This document shows, piece after piece, positions 17,725-26,760 of a stretch of 37,115 bases of DNA. This stretch comes from an uncultured Roseicyclus sp. (GTDB taxonomy: Bacteria; Pseudomonadota; Alphaproteobacteria; Rhodobacterales; Rhodobacteraceae), in NCBI GenBank assembly GCA_964586895.1, contig CAZPJO010000001.1, forward strand, positions 255-37,369, written 5' to 3'. A program made the position numbers and the translations under genes. Position 1 is the first letter of the stretch; each line of letters opens with the position of its first letter. A model generated the notes under the pieces. It saw nothing but the letters and a program-made list of their open reading frames with translations. It ran no database searches and was not told where the DNA came from.

Positions 17725-19800
17725 ATGAACGCGCGCGCAATGTTTCAGCCGACGATCCTGTTTGCGCTCGCACTGATGGCCGTGATCATCATGATGATCC
17801 TCCCGGTGCCGTCATTCATTCTGGATCTTGGTCTCGCCACGTCATTCGGTCTGGCGATCCTCATCTTCACGGTCACCCTGTTCATCGAGCGCCCATTGGA
17901 TTTCTCGGCCTTTCCGACAGTCCTTCTCGCCTCGTTGATGCTCCGGCTATCGCTTAACGTTTCGTCCACGAAACTGATCATCGGCCAAGGCCACACCGGA
18001 ACGGACGCCGCCGGAGGAGTGATCGAAGGATTTGCGATGTTTGTCATCGGTGGCTCAGTGGTCATGGGCCTCGTGATCTTCTGTGTTCTGCTGATCGTGA
18101 ATTTCATCGTAATCAACAAAGGCGCCGCCCGCATGGCCGAGGTTGGTGCGCGTTTTGCCTTGGATGGGATGCCGGGCAAACAGCTGGCCATCGACAGCGA
18201 TATGGCCGCAGGCGCCATCGACCATGCCGAAGCCAAGGAACGGCGGGAACGTGAGCAGGCGGAAACGACCTTTTTCGGCTCGCTCGATGGTGCATCAAAG
18301 TTTGTGAAGGGCGATGCAATTGCGGGCCTGCTGATAACGCTGCTTAACCTTGTCGTCGGCCTGATCATCGGAACGACACTTCATGGCATGCCAATCGGCC
18401 AGGCGTTCGTGACCTATACCATCCTGACCGTCGGTGATGGTCTCGTCAGCCAAATCCCTGCGGTGATAATCGCCATCGCTTCCGCTTTGTTGCTGGCGCG
18501 CGGCGGTGCGACCGGCGCCACGGACACTGCCCTTTTGTCGCAACTTGGAAAACACCCCTCGGCGCTGGCAACTGTCGGGATTTTGATGGGCATCTTTGCA
18601 CTAGTTCCCGGCCTTCCCCTGTTCCCCTTTCTTCTAGGGTCCGTCTCTCTGGGGGCGGCAGCCTGGTGGCGCATGAAGGCCATCAAGGCGGAAGAAGCAC
18701 CCGACCTCCCCGCCTTGGAAGTGGCGGAGGAAACCCACGCCTCCACCGGCGATCTCCTGGACGTCGACGACATTCATGTGGAATTTGCACCCGACCTCGT
18801 CAGTCTCGCACTCGACCCCGCAACCGGATTGGACGCCCGCGTCAAGAACATGCGTGAACATGTTGCCCGCGCGTTCGGCGTCCTGTTGCCAGAAATGCGT
18901 TTGACGGATCGCGGGGACCTTCCGCCCGGCACCTATTCCATTCGTCTGTTGGGTGTTGAGCATGCAACAACAACCCTCAAACCGGCCCACGTGCTGATGC
19001 TGACCCAGGATGGCGCGGTGGATCTCCCAGAGGGATTGGATACATCCGAACCGGTTTATGGCGCGCCAGCCCGGTGGATCAGCCCGGCTGATCGCGAACG
19101 TGCGGCGCTTGCCGGCATGACCGTCGTCACACCGTCTGAGGTTCTTGCGACACATCTTCTGGAAGTCCTCAAACGCAACCTCTCTCGCCTCATGACGTTC
19201 AAAACATTGCAACGGCAGCTCGACGCCTTCGTTACTTTGTCCGACGGCACCCGATCCGAGGAAAACCGCCGTTTGCTGAACGAGTTGGTGCCAGACAAGG
19301 TTCCGCTGGATCTGCTTCATACGATCTTGCGGTTATTGCTGGCCGAACAGGTTTCCATTCGAAACCTTCCGCTCATCCTCGAAGCGATCGCAGAATCGCG
19401 CGGCGCGTCGTCCCAGCCGGAAATGATCTGCGAGCACGTGCGGCAACGCCTTGGATTCCAACTGATCGCTGAAATCAGGCGCACGGATGGAACCCTGCCT
19501 TTGGTTCAACTGTCGGGTGATTGGGAAGATATCTTTCTTAAGTATCAGATCGGCGGTGACGCAGGGCTGCCCGAGGTGGCACTGCCCCCGGACGAATTCA
19601 ATGCACTTGCGAAATCCGTAAGCGAAAAGGTTGCCACCGCAAGCGCAAAGGGAACCTATCCCGCCGTTGTCACATCAGCGATGAGACGGCGTTTTCTGCG
19701 AACTGTCCTGACCGCGCGAGGGATTCCGAACCCCGTGTTGTCATTCGAGGAAATCGGGCTCGACGCAAAGCCCTCACTTGTGGGCCTGGCCGCCCCATGA
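17725..19800 (+). CDS. flhA: flagellar export gate protein FlhA
   Basis: FSAFPTVLL, R.AEVGARFALDGMPGKQLAID, FFGSLDGASKFVKGDAIAG, GDGLVSQIP, VSIRNLPLILE. Confidence 0.98.
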   Translation: MNARAMFQPTILFALALMAVIIMMILPVPSFILDLGLATSFGLAILIFTVTLFIERPLDFSAFPTVLLASLMLRLSLNVSSTKLIIGQGHTGTDAAGGVIEGFAMFVIGGSVVMGLVIFCVLLIVNFIVINKGAARMAEVGARFALDGMPGKQLAIDSDMAAGAIDHAEAKERREREQAETTFFGSLDGASKFVKGDAIAGLLITLLNLVVGLIIGTTLHGMPIGQAFVTYTILTVGDGLVSQIPAVIIAIASALLLARGGATGATDTALLSQLGKHPSALATVGILMGIFALVPGLPLFPFLLGSVSLGAAAWWRMKAIKAEEAPDLPALEVAEETHASTGDLLDVDDIHVEFAPDLVSLALDPATGLDARVKNMREHVARAFGVLLPEMRLTDRGDLPPGTYSIRLLGVEHATTTLKPAHVLMLTQDGAVDLPEGLDTSEPVYGAPARWISPADRERAALAGMTVVTPSEVLATHLLEVLKRNLSRLMTFKTLQRQLDAFVTLSDGTRSEENRRLLNELVPDKVPLDLLHTILRLLLAEQVSIRNLPLILEAIAESRGASSQPEMICEHVRQRLGFQLIAEIRRTDGTLPLVQLSGDWEDIFLKYQIGGDAGLPEVALPPDEFNALAKSVSEKVATASAKGTYPAVVTSAMRRRFLRTVLTARGIPNPVLSFEEIGLDAKPSLVGLAAP

Positions 19801-20567
19801 CCGCGCTCCTGTCAGACATTCTGGCGATTTCGCAGATATGGCTCGCCACGGCCGTGGCCATTTTCCTCAGGATCGGCGCCTGCTTCATGGTCCTCCCCGG
19901 ATTTGGCGAGCAGATGATCCCGATGCGCATCCGCCTTGGTGCCGCTTTGGCGTTTACCGTGTTTCTGACGCCCATCCTCCACGACACCATCGGGCAAGGG
20001 GACGTCCTTCCACCGACCATGGCCTTCTTCTCTGAGGCAATTTCCGGCCTCATTATCGGGTTGGCTTTGCGGCTACTGGTTCATGCCCTCCAAATTGCAG
20101 GAACAATCGCGGCACAATCCACATCGCTCAGCCAAATCATGGGCGGGGCCACACCCGATCCGCTCCCGGCGATGGGCGCGATCCTCATGCTGGGAGGGCT
20201 GACGCTCGCCGTATTATCCGGATTGCACCTTCACCTGGTCCAGACATTTCTTCGCTCCTACGAGATCTTGCCATTTGGCGATCTTCCCGGTCCTCGGGAT
20301 CTGGCCGGCTGGGGCGTGGCGCAAGTCAGCAGCAGCTTTTCACTTGCGATGTCCCTGGCCGCGCCGTTCCTGATCGCGTCGCTACTTTATAACGTGGCGC
20401 TTGGCGTGATTAACAAGGCGATGCCTCAATTGATGGTGGCCTTTGTTGGTGCGCCCGCCATCACCTGGGGCGGCTTGATCCTCTTGTTGGTTACCACGCC
20501 CTTCATTCTTCCGGTTTGGCTCAACGCATTCGAAGGTGCCTTGGCGGCGCCATTGGCGGCCCGCTGA
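19797..20567 (+). CDS. fliR: flagellar export protein FliR
   Basis: FLRIG......PGFGE..IP.RIR, AG..A.Q...L, LG.INKAMPQL.V.FVG.P. Confidence 0.93.
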   Translation: MTALLSDILAISQIWLATAVAIFLRIGACFMVLPGFGEQMIPMRIRLGAALAFTVFLTPILHDTIGQGDVLPPTMAFFSEAISGLIIGLALRLLVHALQIAGTIAAQSTSLSQIMGGATPDPLPAMGAILMLGGLTLAVLSGLHLHLVQTFLRSYEILPFGDLPGPRDLAGWGVAQVSSSFSLAMSLAAPFLIASLLYNVALGVINKAMPQLMVAFVGAPAITWGGLILLLVTTPFILPVWLNAFEGALAAPLAAR

Positions 20568-21652
20568 TGGACGAGTCCCAAAGCCCTTCAGATAAGCCAT
20601 TTGACCCAACGCCTCGCAAACTGGAAGAGGCGCGAAAAAAGGGCGAAATCGTTCGCTCCGCGGATCTGAATACGGCCGTGGTTTACGGGGGGTTCCTGTT
20701 GTCCGGTGCGATGCTCGCTCCTTGGGTCATGGAAAAAATTGGGATGCTCACACACGCGAGCCTTGGCCGAGCAGACACATTGGCACCAGCCCTCCTGAGC
20801 CCCGGCGGAGCGATCTCGGCGGCGGGCTTGTTATCCGGGCCGCTTGTTGCAGCTGCTGCCATCACGATGATACCCGCAGTATTATTGCTGGTATCGCTGA
20901 TCGGTCAGCGCGCGCTTTTGTTCACACCTTCGAAACTCGCGCCCAAGGCCAATCGCATCTCGATGCTGGAGAACGCAAAACAGAAATTCGGCTCACAAGG
21001 CATGTTCCAGTTTGCGAAATCCGCGGTGAAGCTGTTCCTCGTGTCACTATTTCTCGCGTTCTATCTCTGGGCCCGCGCCGAAGCGATCCTGGTGTCGATA
21101 TACGCCGCACCGGGGCAAATTCTCACGATGTTGGGGAAATTGTCTCTTGATTTTCTGGCCGTCATCACCGGCATGACGGCGCTGATCGGTATTGCAGATT
21201 GGTTTTGGGAATGGAGCCAGCTGCAAATACGCAACCGGATGTCGTATCAGGAATTGGTTGACGAAACCAAGAGCTCGGAAGGCGATCCACATTTCAAACA
21301 GGCGCGCCGTCAAAAGGGTCAATCCATCGCGATGAACCAGATGATGTCTGACGTTCCATCCGCCGATGTGGTCGTGGTCAATCCAACTCACTACGCAGTC
21401 GCGCTGAAATGGAACCGATCCGAGGGTGGCGTGCCGATCTGCGTTGCAAAAGGCGTCGATGAGGTTGCCCGCCGTATCCGGGAAGCGGCGTCGGAGGGTG
21501 GCGTGCCCATCTTCTCTGACCCACCGACCGCGCGCGCGCTCCATGCCTCGATCGAGATCGGAAACCCGATCCCGCCCGATCATTATCGCGCTGTGGCTGC
21601 GGCAATCCGGTTCGCGGATTTGATGCGGAAAAAGGCAAGGTCCCAGCGATGA
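20567..21652 (+). CDS. flhB: flagellar export protein FlhB
   Basis: K..DPTPRKLEEARKKG, EGDP, the NPTH autocleavage motif, PP.ARAL. Confidence 0.96.
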   Translation: MDESQSPSDKPFDPTPRKLEEARKKGEIVRSADLNTAVVYGGFLLSGAMLAPWVMEKIGMLTHASLGRADTLAPALLSPGGAISAAGLLSGPLVAAAAITMIPAVLLLVSLIGQRALLFTPSKLAPKANRISMLENAKQKFGSQGMFQFAKSAVKLFLVSLFLAFYLWARAEAILVSIYAAPGQILTMLGKLSLDFLAVITGMTALIGIADWFWEWSQLQIRNRMSYQELVDETKSSEGDPHFKQARRQKGQSIAMNQMMSDVPSADVVVVNPTHYAVALKWNRSEGGVPICVAKGVDEVARRIREAASEGGVPIFSDPPTARALHASIEIGNPIPPDHYRAVAAAIRFADLMRKKARSQR

Positions 21653-22029
21653 GCGACGCGGATAAACGGCTGAACCGCCTCAAAGAGATTACTTCGTTGT
21701 TGGCCGACAAGGCGCTTTCACCGGTCGCCCGGGCTGGGGCACGGGTCCGGGCCATCGAAGCTCGGGTTGAGACTCTGGCCGCGCATCGTAAGGATCTCAT
21801 GCGCGCAAGCGATGATCCGTCCGTCGCTGGAAGCATGCTGGCCCAGGCCGAACGGCTCCGGCAGGAGCAGGCCGGAGCCATGGGCCAACTCGCGTCAGCG
21901 CGTGCGGCGTACGAGAGGGAAAAAACGGCGGCTGCCAAAGCGGTTGGCCGCGACCTTGTTCTTGGAAAGTTGATCGAGAAACAGAAAACGGCGGCCAAGC
22001 TAGAGCATGACCGCCGCAAGTTGCGATAG
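21649..22029 (+). CDS. hypothetical basic coiled-coil protein (FliJ-like candidate)
   Basis: 126 aa, Ala/Arg/Leu-rich and helical; ATGA overlap with flhB. Confidence 0.65.
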   Translation: MSDADKRLNRLKEITSLLADKALSPVARAGARVRAIEARVETLAAHRKDLMRASDDPSVAGSMLAQAERLRQEQAGAMGQLASARAAYEREKTAAAKAVGRDLVLGKLIEKQKTAAKLEHDRRKLR

Positions 22030-22037
22030 CGAACGCC

Positions 22038-22616
22038 TCAGGCGTCTTGTCGCGTTATATCCGTGATCAATACATCAAAGGCATTGCCACGACCGAGAAT
22101 GCTTTGCGCCGCCTCTCGCAAACCCTCCCGCAAGGGCGCCATTGCGGCGGCTTCTGTGAATACGCCATCAAATCCGCCGGCATTCGCATGGGCGAACAGG
22201 ACACGCAGGAAGCTATCCCTCAGCCGTGGTTCCTGATTGAAGACTTCGCTGTTCAGTCCGGTCGTCACCTCGACCGTCAGGCCCATGACAACCAAAGACC
22301 TCACGTTCCCGTTGCGGACAATCGGCACAACAAACTGGTTGTTGAGCCGGACGAATTCCGTGCCTTCACCGGTCTGTTCGACCCGTGGCGGATCACCGGA
22401 TCCGTGATCGTCGTCGCCGGCATGGTCATCGCCACTATGGTCGTCATCATCCGCGTGTTCATCGCCTCCGCTTTCATCGGGGTCGTCGTCATGGCCTTCC
22501 TCTGCATGCTCTTCAGGGGCGGCAGACGTGTCCCCCCCGCCAAGAACCAACCCGGCCCCGACCCCTCCACCAACGCCGATCAACAAAAGCAGAACCGGCA
22601 GTAACATCCGCATCAT
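22038..22616 (-). CDS. second FliL-family protein
   Basis: TM with GxGxG, a His/Asp linker, then F..L.NQFVVP....EP.LRD.FL.VLF...VLITDI.RQD. RBS AAGGAG. Confidence 0.82.
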   Translation of the reverse strand: MMRMLLPVLLLLIGVGGGVGAGLVLGGGDTSAAPEEHAEEGHDDDPDESGGDEHADDDDHSGDDHAGDDDHGSGDPPRVEQTGEGTEFVRLNNQFVVPIVRNGNVRSLVVMGLTVEVTTGLNSEVFNQEPRLRDSFLRVLFAHANAGGFDGVFTEAAAMAPLREGLREAAQSILGRGNAFDVLITDITRQDA

Positions 22617-22632
22617 GGGAGCTCTCCTTGTG

Positions 22633-23373
22633 TCAGAACGGCAAGATCGTATCGACGACTTCCTGGCCATAGCGCGGCCTCTGGACGTCGGTGATAAGAC
22701 CTCGGCCACCGTAAGAAATCCGGGCGGCTGCAATGCGATCGTATTCGATGGAATTCTGGCGTGAGATATCCTCGGGACGCACATAGCCAGACACAAGAAG
22801 CTCACGCACTTCGTTGTTCACGCGGACTTCTTGACTGCCTTCGATGCGCAAAACTCCATTTTGCAACACCTCCGTGACTGTTGCCGCAACCCGCAATGTC
22901 AACTCTTCGTTGCGCCGCACGGCACCCTCTCCGGCAGACCGGCTTGTGCTGTCGAATTCGACCGCTTCGTCAAGAGATCCGCCACCAGTCAAGAGGCCAT
23001 CGATACGCTGGGGCAGTCCCAAAAGGTTCGGAACGCCAAGTTCTTCGGACCCGGTGCGCTCTCTTTCGGAGGAATTCGAGAACTCGGCACTGTCATCGAT
23101 TTCGATGACAACTGTCAGGATATCGCCGCGTTGCCCGGCTCGACGATCACCGAGCAATGACGCGCGCCCGGATGTCCAAAGCGACGCACCTTCCGCCCGG
23201 TCAGGGACGTGTGCCACGTCCGGAACCGCCGCAACATTCATCGCGAAGACCTCGTTCCCGCTTGCAGGTGAGGTGAGTTCGGGAACCTGCCCGACCTGCC
23301 CCAATCGGGCACATCCTGTCATCGCCAAGCCGGCGAGGCAGATGCAAATTACTTTCGAAAGGCGTGATTTCAT
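22633..23373 (-). CDS. flgH: flagellar L-ring lipoprotein FlgH
   Basis: Lipobox AMTGC, SLW, D.RA...GDILTV, G.VRPEDI, IA.ARISYGG.G. Confidence 0.96.
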   Translation of the reverse strand: MKSRLSKVICICLAGLAMTGCARLGQVGQVPELTSPASGNEVFAMNVAAVPDVAHVPDRAEGASLWTSGRASLLGDRRAGQRGDILTVVIEIDDSAEFSNSSERERTGSEELGVPNLLGLPQRIDGLLTGGGSLDEAVEFDSTSRSAGEGAVRRNEELTLRVAATVTEVLQNGVLRIEGSQEVRVNNEVRELLVSGYVRPEDISRQNSIEYDRIAAARISYGGRGLITDVQRPRYGQEVVDTILPF

Positions 23374-23792
23374 TGAGACGGTCCAACGATGACAAGGCCG
23401 GGCGCAGAGGCCACGGCGGTAACGGTTTGACGGGATGCGAGGTTGATGACGCGCAATCTTTCACCTTGGGCCGCGCGATCCAGTGCGCGCCCTTCGGTCA
23501 AGATCAACAGACCACCGTGATTATAGCGCAACGAAACGATCTCATTCCGCTCGACGATGGCTGGGGGGCGCAGATCGCCTGGCCGAATGGGGCGGCCCGG
23601 GTAAAGATTGATCCGCGCTTCCATACCAACGGCCTCGGCCATATCCGACAAGGCACCCGGCGTCTCCCCTTCAACGGTTGCGACATCTGCGGGACCGATC
23701 AGGCTTGTGCCACGGATCGTGCCGGCCGCAATGACCGTTTCCTGCGCGGCGACCGGCATGGCGAGACAAAGGAAAACCAAGACCCATCTCAT
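23370..23792 (-). CDS. flgA: P-ring assembly chaperone FlgA (short form)
   Basis: Signal peptide, SAF-like domain, V.R...V.......L.I..EGRAL......E..RV.N..S. Confidence 0.88.
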   Translation of the reverse strand: MRWVLVFLCLAMPVAAQETVIAAGTIRGTSLIGPADVATVEGETPGALSDMAEAVGMEARINLYPGRPIRPGDLRPPAIVERNEIVSLRYNHGGLLILTEGRALDRAAQGERLRVINLASRQTVTAVASAPGLVIVGPSQ

Positions 23793-24577
23793 CAGCGCAC
23801 CTGTGTCGTCGCGCCGAGCATCTGGTCTGCGGCGGTCAGGACTTTGGCGTTGAGCTCATAGCCGCGCTGTGCTTCGATCAAATCGGTGATCTCGCGTACG
23901 GAATCGACGGAGGATTGTTCGACATAACCCTGCCGCAGGGTTCCGAGGCCATCTTCCCCCGGCTGACCCGCGAGAGGCGCACCGGATGCGCCAGTCTCCA
24001 AAAACAGGTTCGAACCGATGGCTTCCAAGCCGCTGTCATTGGAAAATGCGACAAGGTTGAGCTGCCCGATAAGTTGCGGCTCCACTTCACCGAGGAAGCT
24101 GGCGTAGACCTCGCCCGAGGCGTTTATTTCGATCGAGCGAGCATCGACTGGAATTGTGATGCCCGGGTTTACCTCGAACCCGTCCGCGGTGACGATCAAA
24201 CCGTCGCCTGTCCGTTGCAGCGCCCCGTCCCTTGTATAGGCGCTTTCGCCGCTCGGCAGGGTGACTTCGAGGTATCCGCGGCCCTCGATCGCCACGTCCA
24301 GATCGCCTCCAGTTGCGGCAACGGTCCCCTGCTGCCACGTGACCGTCACCGCTGCGGCCCGCACCCCGAGGCCAACCTGAACCCCGGCAGGCACCACCGT
24401 GCCATCCGCCGCGTTGATCGCACCGGCCCGCGTCATCTGCTGGTAGTGCAAATCTGCAAAGTCGGCGCGGCGCGGGGAGTACCCGGTCGTGGACATATTG
24501 GCGATGTTGTTCGAGATAACGTCGACACGCAGTTGCTGCGCGCTCATGCCGGTTGCGGCGATATCCAAGGCTCTCAT
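23792..24577 (-). CDS. flgG: distal rod protein FlgG
   Basis: AL.IAATGM.AQQ...DVISNNIANM.TTGY, DVAIEGRGY, YTRDG, LIEAQRGYELNAK. Confidence 0.97.
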   Translation of the reverse strand: MRALDIAATGMSAQQLRVDVISNNIANMSTTGYSPRRADFADLHYQQMTRAGAINAADGTVVPAGVQVGLGVRAAAVTVTWQQGTVAATGGDLDVAIEGRGYLEVTLPSGESAYTRDGALQRTGDGLIVTADGFEVNPGITIPVDARSIEINASGEVYASFLGEVEPQLIGQLNLVAFSNDSGLEAIGSNLFLETGASGAPLAGQPGEDGLGTLRQGYVEQSSVDSVREITDLIEAQRGYELNAKVLTAADQMLGATTQVR

Positions 24578-24596
24578 CGGTTAAATCCTTTCTGGA

Positions 24597-25319
24597 TCAG
24601 CTGCGCTGGCCTGCAGTGCGCAGGAAATCACGGATGCGGTTGTCTTCGGCATCCATGAAGCTTTGCCCAAGTTCGTAGGCGCGCTGGACTTCGATCATGC
24701 GCGACATCTGTGCCACTGCGCTGACGTTCGATCGTTCGAGAAAACCCTGCATGACGCGCGTGTTTTCGGCCGGAACGTATCCACTCTCGGCGGTAAAGGA
24801 CGTGCCCGATTGGCGCGAAAGCTCCAGCGGATCGATAGGCATGTAGAGCCCGACAACGGTCAATGGCTGCCCGTCGGCGGAGATCGTGCCATCGGGGGCA
24901 AGTGCCACGCCGCGCGCATCCGGCGGCACAAAGATCGGTGCCCCCCCGGCATCCAGCACGCGCGCGCCTTCCGTCGTGACCAGCTCGCCGAAGTCGTTGC
25001 GGATAAAGGCACCCGATCGGGTCAACGCCTGGCCCTGCGCGTTTTCAACCATGAAAAAGCCTTCGCCCTCGATTGCGAAATCGAACGTTCCGCCGGTTTG
25101 TTCCAGCGCGCCTTGTTGTGGGGAAATTGTCCGCCCCATGGCAGTGCCCATGCTCAGCGACGGCTCACCGCGGCCCGTTGCGGCGATGTGCTCCGCAAAG
25201 ATGAGACCCTCTGACCGGAAACCGGTCGTCGAGATATTCGCGATGTTGTTGGCGACCACCGACATCTCCCTGGCAAGGCCAGACAATCGGGTCAGCGCGG
25301 TGTATCCGGGATTATCCAT
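24597..25319 (-). CDS. flgF: rod protein FlgF
   Basis: VANNIAN.STTGF, DFAIEGEGFF, TR.G.F, QGFLE.SNV, MIEVQRAYE; precedes flgG. Confidence 0.92.
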   Translation of the reverse strand: MDNPGYTALTRLSGLAREMSVVANNIANISTTGFRSEGLIFAEHIAATGRGEPSLSMGTAMGRTISPQQGALEQTGGTFDFAIEGEGFFMVENAQGQALTRSGAFIRNDFGELVTTEGARVLDAGGAPIFVPPDARGVALAPDGTISADGQPLTVVGLYMPIDPLELSRQSGTSFTAESGYVPAENTRVMQGFLERSNVSAVAQMSRMIEVQRAYELGQSFMDAEDNRIRDFLRTAGQRS

Positions 25320-25322
25320 GAC

Positions 25323-25589
25323 CTACATTCCCGCGATAATCGGCACCAAAGTGCCGGTAAAATAGGTTGTCAGAGTCTGCGTCATGAACCCCATCGACAC
25401 CCAGAAAACGACCACGATCGCGGCCAGTTTCGGCACGAATGTCAGGGTCATTTCCTGCACACTGGTCAGGGCCTGAAACAGGCCCACAAGAATGCCCGAC
25501 ACAAGCGCGGCGGCCAAGATCGGGGTCGAAACCGCGACCGAGACCCAAAGCGCTTGGCGCAGCGTGTCGAAGAAGATCATCTCGTCCAT
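25323..25589 (-). CDS. fliQ: flagellar export protein FliQ
   Basis: G.LVGLFQALTSVQEMTLTFVPKL. Confidence 0.96.
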   Translation of the reverse strand: MDEMIFFDTLRQALWVSVAVSTPILAAALVSGILVGLFQALTSVQEMTLTFVPKLAAIVVVFWVSMGFMTQTLTTYFTGTLVPIIAGM

Positions 25590-25593
25590 GCGC

Positions 25594-25878
25594 TTACACC
25601 GGCATCCGGAGGATTTCTTGATACGCTTCGACCACACGATCGCGGATCGTGACAGCCGTTTCCACGGCGAGTTCCGTCTGCGCGAGAGCGGTAACCAACG
25701 AGTGCGGATCCGCTCCAGTTGTCATGGCGGCGCGCGCTTGCGCCTCGCCTTGGGCGACTGTTTCAGCAAAACTGGACACCGCCTGGTTAAAGGCGCCGCC
25801 ATCTGTGGATTCGGTCGGTTGTGCTGTCTGGCGCAGGGGTTGATAGGCCTGCGCGGCGAGGGATTGGCGAATATCCAT
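25594..25878 (-). CDS. fliE: hook-basal body protein FliE
   Basis: C-terminal V.IRDRVVEAYQEILRMPV. Confidence 0.95.
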   Translation of the reverse strand: MDIRQSLAAQAYQPLRQTAQPTESTDGGAFNQAVSSFAETVAQGEAQARAAMTTGADPHSLVTALAQTELAVETAVTIRDRVVEAYQEILRMPV

Positions 25879-25903
25879 CCGGGGTTCTCCTCAGATGATG
25901 GGG

Positions 25904-26296
25904 TTAGCGACGTAAAAGTTCGTTAAGAGAAGAGGACATCTGGCGGATCTGATCAAAAATCCTCAGATTGGCCTCGTAGGACCGCTGCGCTTCACGCGCA
26001 TCGGCAAGTTCAATGACCAAGTCGACATTCGACCCTTCGTAATTTCCGGTGGCATCGGCCATTGGATGCGACGGATCGAAGATGACCGGCAAAACGCCCT
26101 GGTCGAGGCGTACGGGGCCGGGGCTCACAGCACCTTGGGGGGCGCCAAGCGCGCGCTCGGCCTCGAAACTGGTAATCTTGCGACGATATCCGGGGGTGTC
26201 CGCATTTGCGATGTTCTCTGACACATGGGTCAGGCGCTGCGCTTGTGCGCGCATGCCGGACGCGGCGACGGAAAGGGCACTTGAAAACTCGGTCAT
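25904..26296 (-). CDS. flgC: rod protein FlgC
   Basis: ASGM.AQ..R....ENIANADTPGYRRK, DPSHP.AD..G, SNVD, QRSYEAN. Confidence 0.96.
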   Translation of the reverse strand: MTEFSSALSVAASGMRAQAQRLTHVSENIANADTPGYRRKITSFEAERALGAPQGAVSPGPVRLDQGVLPVIFDPSHPMADATGNYEGSNVDLVIELADAREAQRSYEANLRIFDQIRQMSSSLNELLRR

Positions 26297-26307
26297 CGCA
26301 CGACCCC

Positions 26308-26661
26308 CTATCGACCGATACTGGTGCGCAGGATCGACATGGCCGATCCGTACACACGCAAAGCACGGTCATGGGCGCGCTGCGCCTCGATCCCGCGCAG
26401 CATTTCGAATTCGAGTGAGACAGTGTTTCCGTTGGGTGACGCAGGTGTTCCGGCATCGACAACACGCATCGGCATCTCTCCGCGGCCAAGGCGGTTTTCT
26501 TGCGTCATGTTGCGCCAGGTTTCTGCAAAGTCTGACACATCACGTGCGCGGTAGCCCGGTGTGTCGGCATTGGCGATATTCTGCGCCACCACCGCCTGCC
26601 GTGAAGCAGAGTGCCGTGCGAGGCCTCCGGCCAGCTGAAAAATCTCGAGCCTGTCGAACAT
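26308..26661 (-). CDS. flgB: rod protein FlgB
   Basis: RQ.VVAQNIANADTPGY.ARD, PNGNTVSLE.EM; RBS GGAG before ATG 26661. Confidence 0.94.
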   Translation of the reverse strand: MFDRLEIFQLAGGLARHSASRQAVVAQNIANADTPGYRARDVSDFAETWRNMTQENRLGRGEMPMRVVDAGTPASPNGNTVSLEFEMLRGIEAQRAHDRALRVYGSAMSILRTSIGR

Positions 26662-26760
26662 TTGGGTTTCTCCCATTTCGGCTACACGAAGGCTTAAGAC
26701 TGATTCCTTTACATTCCGTAATTGTGGCGTGCCTTTGCGCCGATGATCGGAGAATCCTTC

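Noticed and set aside
26690-26725. Possible CtrA box in the flgB/fliI divergent promoter
   Set aside because: A TTAA half-site and TTTA/GTAA-like words are present, but I found no convincing pair with 7-bp spacing.
12864-26756. GANTC (CcrM) sites just upstream of fliL (12864), motA (14560) and fliI (26702, 26752)
   Set aside because: Three of the four follow directly from GAGA-type RBS sequence, and enrichment cannot be judged without genome background.
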